DNA of 20,000 nucleotides from Perkinsus olseni (taxonomy: Eukaryota): the NCBI GenBank assembly GCA_013115125.1, contig JABANN010000020.1, positions 109,833 through 129,832 of the forward strand, given 5' to 3'. Below, one piece after another: positions 10,152 through 20,000 of the stretch (position 1 is the first letter of the stretch; each line of letters begins with the position of its first letter). Both the position numbers and the translations under genes were made by a program. The notes beneath the pieces are model-generated. The model searched no databases and was not told the origin of the DNA. It was given only the letters and a program-made list of their open reading frames with translations.

Positions 10152-12175
10152 TTACGAGTTCTCTCTTCCTAACAGGAGAGCACCCATGATATCTCTTTTC
10201 TCGACGGCGTCCGGAAACCCAGGCCTGAGAAAGTGACTAACGACCGGATGAACATGCCAGCGCATACAGCAAATCGGGATGATGTTCTTCGGCTCCCCCA
10301 TTGTCCTCCTCGATAGTGCGATATAGCCCATCAAAGATGAGGAAATGCTTCTTGGCTTCTCCGAAGTCACCATGGTTGAAGGCCGTGATGCAGCAGTTGA
10401 GGTGCGTTATAGCCGTAGGGGTCGGATCATCCTGAATGTGCTTCTTAGATTCTCAGACGTTCTCTTACCTCGGTGGGTGTCGCAGTGCCTATCGCTCGCG
10501 CGTATGCATTGCGGGAGTTGGTGTAGTCGTCGAGTCGGGACAAGGTGATTCCCAGATACCTGCGTGCGCCCCAGTGCTATCGGCATCTGGTGAGATGTTC
10601 TACATGTAGACTAGGGAAGGTTCGGGCTCGAGATTGAGGGCGGCCGAGAAGAAGGCGAAAGCAGAGGCGTACTGGCCCGTGTACAGGTGAAGCTACATGA
10701 GAAAGATGATGAAGGCTCGCGTAGCGCAGAAAAGAAGACTAACCAGGCCTAAGTTGAAGTGAACCTTCCACTGGAAAGGCTCAAGTGAGACCGCCCTCTT
10801 GAGACATGCAATGGCTGCCACCACCTTCCGCTTTTCTGAGTAAATAAACTTTCCTGAGTTGAGTTAAGAACCCCGTCCTTACCGAAGAAACACATTCCGA
10901 CATTGTTCCACAGCTCTGCGCTCGAAGGAGTCTGTACGGCGGCAACGCGGTATCTGGAGGATCCCACGAGAGGGCGAAGAGTGCACTGCCGTACTTCACC
11001 AGAGCAACGTCGACATCGCCGTGGTCTTGTATAACACTGCCTGCTGCCAGGATTGTCCGAGGGTCCTTGGGGTCGTATACCAGGCTGAGGAGGGAGGAGT
11101 ATGAGGATGAGTTGGAGGGCACCGCATATGAGACCTATTCCCAAGGCACTCGAATGCTCTATAACTGTCTCCGGTCTTGAGAAGGAGAACTCCCACTGAG
11201 AAGAAGCACTTCGAAAATGGTTTGCAGAGCACGGCTTCATTCACATCTGGTAAGAATACTGGTGTTTTCCGGCGAGAACTCGAGGGCTTCATTGTACGTC
11301 TCGATGGCATCCTCGCTGGCGCCTTCGCGTGCATCCCTGAAGGAGTGTCCTCCGCTAGCCTCTAGACGAAGACGGTAACATCTCCGCTATTTCAGTAAAG
11401 GTCGCGTCGTGACGCTGTATTTCGTTAGCAGCTCGGAAGCTGTTTATGGCCGTTTGATGATCGCCAAGATACCTGCCATGAACAGTGGACGATGCTAATC
11501 GTAATGGGCGTTGCTGAGTACTTCTGGCACATTCCGATGTTGAAGTACAACTCCCAGTCTTCAGGCTCATGCTTCAGCGCCTCCGTGTAGATCTGGTAGC
11601 AGGTGGTTGTCACCAGTGCGACTCGCACTGGGCACTCGCACTGTGCGAGTGCCCAACTGACCTCAATAGCGGCTTGGTGTTGACCCAGCAAGGACAGGCT
11701 CTTCCCGACGTGCTTGAGGTAGTCGACCTACGCGTTATACACATACTTGCGGCAAGGCACGCATCTGTATGAGAAAGGCTACTGGTCGTACGTTGAGAGG
11801 GTCTAGGCACGCTGCTGCCTGGAACAGCTGTAGAGAACTGCGTATGTCACCCTGCTGACGATGGATTAGGGCTTTGTAATACAGTGCATATCTGAAGCGC
11901 AGTAGGGGTGCCAGAAACACGATGAGTGTCTTCGGGGATATGATACTGATTGAGGCCTTTAGACTCCGTCAGGCACTCTTCTATGAACTCCAGGCAATCG
12001 TCGAACTCGTGTCGTACGTAGAGAGTGTTGATGTACCAGTTCCTGGAGTCTCGTCCGACGCTAGGTGCAGCCTGAGTAACCAGTCCAACGTGACCGTGTC
12101 CTGTAGGAAGGCTGCCGGCCGCGTTACTTGCCGCGCCGCTCGGTGTTCTCTTGCCAGCTGCGGTGAGTTCGTCAT
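10152..12175 (-). CDS. BBS4: Bardet-Biedl syndrome 4 protein (BBSome TPR subunit), multi-exon; exact start uncertain
   Basis: Spliced segments [111 protein letters not shown] and [13 protein letters not shown] follow human BBS4 motifs in order (e.g. [34 protein letters not shown]). Last exon ends ...LLLGRENS* at 10152. Confidence 0.95.
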
Positions 12176-12541
12176 TGATATTCGAAAAGCTTAGCGCATT
12201 GGATACACCTCCTCACGAGTCTCATCGGTTTTACAATGTCAATGAGACAGATTTGATACCACATTGTCACGAATTCGTGTGCTCTCTACATATGTTCTAC
12301 TGAGCGATCTGAGCTTCGCCCCTTGGCTGCCACTGTTAGTGACGTCCCCTATGCCAACATGATGTCATCAACGCAACCCGCAAGCCTCGAGAAATAGATA
12401 TCATCAAGCGATGAACCAACGACGTCGAAATGCAAGAGTTCGGATCACACACTCTCACTGAAATAGACTAGTGTACGGCAGCAGATTGCGTGCTGACACG
12501 CAACGAAAAGGACGGACGGTAGCACCATACTGATGATGCAC

Positions 12542-13331
12542 CTAGAGTCTGTGTCTGAATGTAGCAGAGGAGGCGAGAGACCCTAGACCCCCAGCCGTCT
12601 GGCCAGTGGATATACTAGAGCATAGATCGGAGGTTGCACGCTCGTAGTTGTGCCTGCCACCACCACGACCGTGCGTGTTGCCATCTCGAGCATGATGTCG
12701 TTGAGGTTGTACCTGACCGACGCGGGCATCCAGGCGCACACAGGCGTTAATACTCACCATCAAGGAGGAAAGATCTCCACGTTCTCCTGTCCCGAGCTTC
12801 CGAAGGATTTCCTCATCCAAAGTGCCACTACAGTGACTGACGCTACTGCCAGCGCCTCTAGCAGCCTTCCCAATATCGCTCCGCCCTGCAAGAGACAGCA
12901 CAGAGATGTTGCTTTCACAGAGGCAGGAAATACGGACTTGCGTGCAGCTGCAGCGGCCGCTGGGATTGCTCTATCGATCCACAGCGGGCGTCCCAACGGC
13001 CCAGCTCGTCATTGTCTAGGGCATGGCGCTTTGTATCCTGTCTTTGTCGATGCAGCGGTCTCGAGTTCTTCCGCCTCTCCTTGTCCTTCGCTCTCTCCAT
13101 TGCTTCTAGCCGCCCGTTCAACTCGGCAGTCTCTCTGCGGGACTCCTCAATCTTCCGTTTGGTCTCGGTCCTGATGGAGCGTACTCGCCTGTGGCAGAGC
13201 TTGTTTCGGTTACTTCCTCTGTTCGATCCCCCTCAAAGTGTCGAGGAGCTTCTTTGACTCCTCCACCAACGACTGCTGCATCTGGGATCTGTGCCGCGAC
13301 GAGCTGTTGTCCTCAAACGAGGCGTCGCGGC

Positions 13332-13362
<31 letters not shown>

Positions 13363-14071
13363 CTCCTGACGGGAGGAGTCAGCGGTCACATGTAGCGGTA
13401 TCTTACCCAGAACCGGAGTGCTTGCTTCACATGGGCGAGGGCTGAAACATGGCAGGAGGGCACTCATGCTATTTAATCTTATCATTGTCATCACCTTCCT
13501 TCATACCGTAGCCTAACAGAGCCACGCACACTGAGCCGTTCCGCTTCATAGTCATGAACTCAGACTGGTCCATTGACAGGCGGAAGCGTACACCGTTGTG
13601 CCGACATACTGGACACTGCTGCACCTACAGTAGCACAGGCCTCATCTATCGACGGCCAAGACGCACACTCACTGTGTCTTCGCTATGTTGTCCTTGCTTC
13701 CGTTGCCATGCTCGAAAGTGTGGTATGCATATAATATCACCACAAGTGCCGATAACAAACCTACGATATTGATGGAAGGGAGACTCCTAGGTGATAAAGC
13801 CCTACGATGCTCTTGCCTCTCGAGGCTCTCCGCCGGGCTGCTGTCTGCTCGCCTCTCTGCATGACTTGATTCCACACGAGAAGCACGGAGTCGTGGTGTG
13901 AGAGGAAGGGGACATCATATGAGGAAGGGCCCCACCATAGTGGTGAGTGTGCTGAGGCCAGCCGGGCACGCTTGCTCGACAAACGCTGTCCTTTCAGGGT
14001 TTACCCCGCACGACAACAAGAACCACATCCAGACATAGTGGACAGAAACCTGTATCTCCTGGACCACTCAT
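12542..14071 (-). CDS. Uncharacterised multi-exon protein with a His10 tract and coiled-coil region (boundaries uncertain)
   Basis: Spliceable segments MSGPGDT/GQRLSSKRARL, RADSSPAESLERQEHRR, EHHHHHHHHHHRRDASF...QQSLVEESKKLLDTLRGIEQRK/TETKRKIEESRRETAELNGRLEAMERAK, flanked by GT-AG introns. No family recognised. Confidence 0.5.
13332..13362. repeat. (GAT)10 microsatellite, encoding His10 on the minus strand
   Basis: Ten perfect gat units read directly from the sequence. Confidence 0.95.
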
Positions 14072-14094
14072 GTCCTCGAGCTACCCTCGTGTTG

Positions 14095-15027
14095 TTATGG
14101 CAGTGGTGTTGTACACCTTCTCTCGAGCAGCACAAGCTCTTGGTTGTACCCTGGCCAATTCACTTCGCCTTTCCGCTTCGCTATTTTTACCCAGTCGGAC
14201 CGAATGGCCTCAAAGAACATCCGCGCCCCCCGCGATACCGAAGTCGTGCTGGCGCTGGGCCACTCTCCGATATAGACGATAGCCCTGCCAGGGAAGGCAC
14301 TGAGGAGGTTGAAGGCGAGGTCATCCGGTTCATGTGGTGGCCAACTCAACCACAGAACGTCTGCCGTCGGCGTAGCACGGACTGCCTCCAGTGCCTCCCG
14401 GCAGAGCACAGGACAGGAGGCCCATTGCAGATGGACAGGTGCAGGGCAGGAGTCGGATACTTGAAAGCTCACTGTGGAGCCTACGACATCCATGAGGTAG
14501 GCGTGCCAGCCTGTAGCCGCCAGAGGGTCCAGGACGGTGAGGGTATGTCCACATCTCTGCATCAACCTCATGAGCTTGGTCTGCAGCCAACCCATCTCCT
14601 CAGTAGACGTCAAACCCCAGGCGAATCGATGGCAGCAGTACTCACGCCAAACCCGTATCAACTGGAGTACTTCGACCGGCACATCATTCACTCGGGCTCT
14701 CATTATGTACTCATCAGCTTGCCGTATTCCTACCAGCATATCCCTGTATCGCTCCAGAGTATCAGAGCTTTTCCTATGACACGCTAACGCTCTTCTAATG
14801 GAATCAAAGAGCGGCAACAGACTAGGAAACGTGGACCATTGCATCGCGTGCCTTGCCTTGACCACACTGCCCGCTTTGAGTATCCGAACAGTCGCTCGGT
14901 CGAACCTCAGCAGCATGAGTTGCAGGTCTCCTGGCCGGGCAGCTGGGCCAGCGTCCGGGGGCTCTTCACATAGAGATTCCGATCTATTGGCGTAATATAG
15001 GAGACGAGAATGAGCCAAGGGTGTCAT
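14095..15027 (-). CDS. Intronless uncharacterised Rossmann-fold methyltransferase-like protein
   Basis: The 358-codon ORF is open from a TTG at 15171; first ATG is at 15027. Motifs FAWG..., VLDPLAATGWHAYL (motif I-like), LWLSWPP, IVYIGE, FFEAI..DW and NWPGY..EL.LLER resemble a widespread uncharacterised MTase-like family (from recollection, not searched). Confidence 0.7.
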   Translation of the reverse strand: MTPLAHSRLLYYANRSESLCEEPPDAGPAARPGDLQLMLLRFDRATVRILKAGSVVKARHAMQWSTFPSLLPLFDSIRRALACHRKSSDTLERYRDMLVGIRQADEYIMRARVNDVPVEVLQLIRVWREYCCHRFAWGLTSTEEMGWLQTKLMRLMQRCGHTLTVLDPLAATGWHAYLMDVVGSTVSFQVSDSCPAPVHLQWASCPVLCREALEAVRATPTADVLWLSWPPHEPDDLAFNLLSAFPGRAIVYIGEWPSASTTSVSRGARMFFEAIRSDWVKIAKRKGEVNWPGYNQELVLLERRCTTPLP

Positions 15028-15194
15028 CGAGAGGGAGCTCAATGCCGCGACAGGAAAAGCAGGAACGGTACTTGTTGGCTCCCCGAGCGTAGGGTGACAA
15101 CGCAACCCCTTCCTCGTCGACACGCTCACATCGTTGGTGATACTATAGGAAAGGCAGATAATTATGCACAAGCTAGCAGTGGAAGCTGCTCCGG

Positions 15195-17049
<1,855 letters not shown>

Positions 17050-17150
17050 AGAGACAGCAATACCTCGGTTTTGGCAACGCTCTCAACTCTGTGACGACTC
17101 AAGTTCCTCTATAAGGTCAAAAGCATGAAACAACAAGTGCTGCGGTTATT

Positions 17151-17168
17151 GTTGTTGTTGTTGTTGTT
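17151..17168. repeat. (GTT)6 microsatellite
   Basis: gttgttgttgttgttgtt, preceded by an imperfect unit gttatt. Confidence 0.85.
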
Positions 17169-17389
17169 TCCAAGCGGGCTAGTTTCATCGACTGGAAGAT
17201 CGATCATCAGCGGCAGGAACAATGGCAGTGAATGAAACATGATGATGATGCTCATACTGCTGCTGCTAACGTTCCTTGGACGGCAGAATAGATCATCTAT
17301 TAAGCATACCCCATTAGCATATTCAGACTGCTCGGAACAGCAGCATCATTCTTACTACAGCATGTAAGTACAGCATGTACTGTAGCAGT

Positions 17390-18310
17390 ACCACGTAGTG
17401 GCGAGGAAGGACGCACCGCTACCTGTTTCTCCATGCACTCACTCCCCAGCCTCTACCCCTCTAAACACGTCGGTTTCTCCAAGTGCGAGCTCGGAATCTC
17501 CCACAGGCACCTCGTTGCTGCTGACCCTATAGAGAGCTTTGGGCTCGAAGAAGATTCGTGGATTCTGGTTTCTTATGCACGCCGAAAGGAAACCCTTCGC
17601 TTGCAGAACCGAGCGTGTTGTAGCAATCTGGAATCCGCCCAACCTACGATTCCTTCGAATCTCACCTTCATCCTAGATCAGTGGGCGGGAAACGCCCTTC
17701 GACTATGATAGAGCCCTCCATGCCCGACCGCGCCGCAAGGAGCACAGAATGTAAAACCTCCAAAACCATACCATCCATACCTTAGGTCCACTTCGCTTCT
17801 TTTCAAAGGATTTGGTAGAATGCCGTAAAGATGTAGTCGGCTATGACATTATGGCTCCGACAGCAGTGGCAGGCATCTCGAAGGCGAATGCTGCGATACC
17901 TCACAGATGCCAACGCGGCGAATGAGCCCTCGCACTGGGTGTCGCTGCTAGCCAACCCACCCGCTCCATGGGTGGAGTTTTGAAAACTCGACTGGTACCG
18001 AATCGCTTTCACATGCTAACCGAACAACGAAATACTCACCATCACGGAAAGTGACGTCCTCGCCTGCAATCCGTGGGTTATACTGGTATATCTCACGAGT
18101 GAAATGCGCTACCGGAAATCACGGTTTTCGGATTCTCCTCCATGGGTCACCGTCATCGAAGAGTTGATAGCCATAAACATGTTTATGTTTATGGAGGTTC
18201 CTTTGAAAGCTCTGGCCTCATGCCGGCCACGGCTCGAGAAGCCTATAGGACAGGTATTGCCACCGAGACACCCCCGTCAGAGTCAGGACGAATCAACGAG
18301 AGAGACATAA
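17390..18310 (-). pseudogene. BCKDHB: Branched-chain alpha-keto acid dehydrogenase E1 beta subunit pseudogene, 3'-truncated
   Basis: NMFMAINSSMTV[frameshift]MEENPKTVISG, EDVTF[frameshift]VFRCSVSM*KRFG..RVFKTP, ADYIFTAFYQI, PCGAVGHGGLYHS, QAKGFLSACIRNQNPRIFFEPKALYR...EVPVGD. Contains an in-frame stop and frameshifts; the C-terminal domain is absent. Confidence 0.88.
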
Positions 18311-18782
18311 CCGTCGGTTGCCGAAGCTTCTTCAAAGCCGCGAGCGCCATTACGACAAGAGAGTCCCCACCAGCGGCCGATACACAGTTGAAATGCAAGC
18401 CCCCATCACGATTTGGAAACGAGTCAATAATCACATATCTAATAACACAGTACTGGCCATCGCTACTCCTTCCATCACGCTTGGCGCTTCTCAGCAAACG
18501 CGGTCCTTGCGTTCGTAAAGGGCCCAGTCGGAATGGAAGGCATTCCGTTGGAACCTGAACACCGGGACGATGACTGCTACCGGGGATATGATCGAACCGT
18601 CCGACAGGCAGTAGTTTTCTTAGTGCGCCGCACTAAGTGCGGAGAGTATTCCTCAGAAATTCGCATGCCGTACCGCAAATCGGTTCCGCTGGCCCCAGCC
18701 TAGGACTCCCAGCGGGCCCCGATCTCTGAGAATACAGAACCCAACACGAGAGAATAGTGATCTACGGTTCCGGCTTTTTTAC

Positions 18783-19163
18783 ACTTTCACACGTGGCATC
18801 ACGATGAAGGGATTTCGGCAACCCCCTCGATTAACATGTAGTCTCCACTGATCCAAAAGGGGTGGGTTCCAACAAGGAGCACCTACACTCTACACTTCAA
18901 GTGTGTACTTGGCAGACTGCCAAGTACACACTTGAAGATTGGAACTGCGGCAGTTCAACTGCCAATGGCAGTTCACAGAAAATGTCGACTTCCACACTTG
19001 CAATCACTGCGAAGGGGTAGCGATAACGGTTATCGGATAACCCCTCGAAGAACATGTAGTCTCCACTGATCTCGCCTCAACTGACCCATAAGAGGTGGGT
19101 TCCAACAAAGAGCTGCTACACTTCACACTTCAAGTGTGCACTTGGCAGTTCACAGAGAACGTC
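18783..19163. repeat. Diverged tandem duplication (units of about 200 nt), each copy carrying its own palindromic insertion
   Basis: Shared blocks aacccc(c)tcga..aacatgtagtctccactgatc, ggtgggttccaacaa.gagc, ctacact..acacttcaagtgtg.acttggcag and ttcacaga at about 18820-18980 and 19038-19157. Confidence 0.9.
18895..18937. repeat. Perfect palindrome with 21-bp arms and a 1-nt spacer
   Basis: cttcaagtgtgtacttggcag-a-ctgccaagtacacacttgaag. Confidence 0.97.
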
Positions 19164-20000
19164 GTCTTCTCCAAACCGAACGTTGCGCCCGGAGCGCATC
19201 ACGGTGTGGACCACCCCTGTTAGTTCACGCACTCGCGAGGCCGCTGCCTCCTCGCGTGAACCAAGCTCTTCGGTGTCGGCCGGAGCCGTGCGGGCTAGGC
19301 AACGGCCAGTGGACGAAATCCGCAGAGAAGCCATTCCAGCAGGAGTCATTGCAAAGAGCATCGCCCGGCTACTGGGTGATACCCCTCCAAACTGCGCAGG
19401 ATTGCTTTTTATCTTTTTTCTGCTTCTCTAGTTTCGGAGGTGATCCCGCGATCGAGTGTGGTGTACTTCTGCCAGCCACTGGGCTGGATACACTCACGGG
19501 ACCCAGAACTGCGACAGCGGGAGTGACAGGAGTGGCATGACCCCTGTCGCTTGGTCCACGTACGAGAACGCTTGACTAGTGTCACCACAGTGTCACCGTG
19601 ACGCTGGCCCACCAGAATGAGGTGGCGGATGAACAGCTGATCCGGCCAAAGCCGATGAGATTCTTATCCCACCAAGATTGCGTGGCGCCTCATACGCGGG
19701 GGCTTCCAGTGGGAGCCCCCCAGTGAGGCTTAACGAAGTGGTGTCCGGTGATTAGCCGGCTGATACACACGCGACGGGAGATGGGGTTGTTGTCCTATTG
19801 AGGATAAACTGTTCGCGGTGAGCGGATCAACTGCCCACTAGAAGATTCTCCATGGTCCGCGAAGAGAAGGACTACGAGGGACAGATGACTTGCTCATTCA
19901 CCAGCACGATTAACAAAGTACGTGATAATAAACCCTTCCACAAAATTATATCACATCGCGTTTTTTCCTCATTTCTTCCAATTTATTGCGATTGGGGGTC

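Noticed and set aside
12650-13174. 174-aa plus-strand ORF
   Set aside because: Antisense to a spliced minus-strand gene, low complexity, no recognisable domain.
13505-13513. accgtagcc, matching the first 9 nt of the perkinsid/dinoflagellate spliced leader
   Set aside because: The match stops after 9 nt (no ...TGGCTCAAG) and it is antisense to the local genes, so it is compatible with chance.
13972-14787. 271-aa plus-strand ORF
   Set aside because: Antisense shadow of the MTase-like gene, with a non-ATG start and no motifs.
18783-19163. CRISPR-like repeat/spacer appearance
   Set aside because: Only two long diverged units, no constant-length unique spacers, no cas genes, and a eukaryotic context.
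19116-19361. ORF containing VRFGEDDV, superficially like the BCKDHB VFGEDV motif
   Set aside because: Flanking residues do not match E1-beta and the ORF runs into the tandem repeat.

Overview
Eukaryotic (protist) genomic DNA with many short (~40-60 nt) GT-AG introns, and every recognisable gene on the minus strand. This architecture suggests a Perkinsus-like alveolate (inference only). In transcription order (right to left) the window holds: a decayed and truncated BCKDH E1-beta pseudogene, a type I protein arginine methyltransferase with a long N-terminal extension, an intronless Rossmann-type methyltransferase-like gene, an unknown His10/coiled-coil gene, BBS4, an intronless membrane-anchored protein with two tandem SAM-methyltransferase domains, RPL37A, a ~5.5 kb gene-poor region, and the 5' part of an S10 serine carboxypeptidase. 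Three things stand out. (1) Two pairs of Helitron-like termini (5'-TC/TT TATACTATAATAA; hairpin + CTAG-3') form an apparently nested non-autonomous element at 2822-5789. (2) Non-coding and decayed DNA repeatedly contains chained perfect palindromes with a 1-nt centre, including a 21+1+21 palindrome present in only one copy of a tandem duplication, which suggests snap-back or templated-insertion repair. (3) The intronless double methyltransferase resembles bacterial enzymes and is probably a secretory-pathway protein. Exon boundaries were worked out by hand and are approximate where stated.
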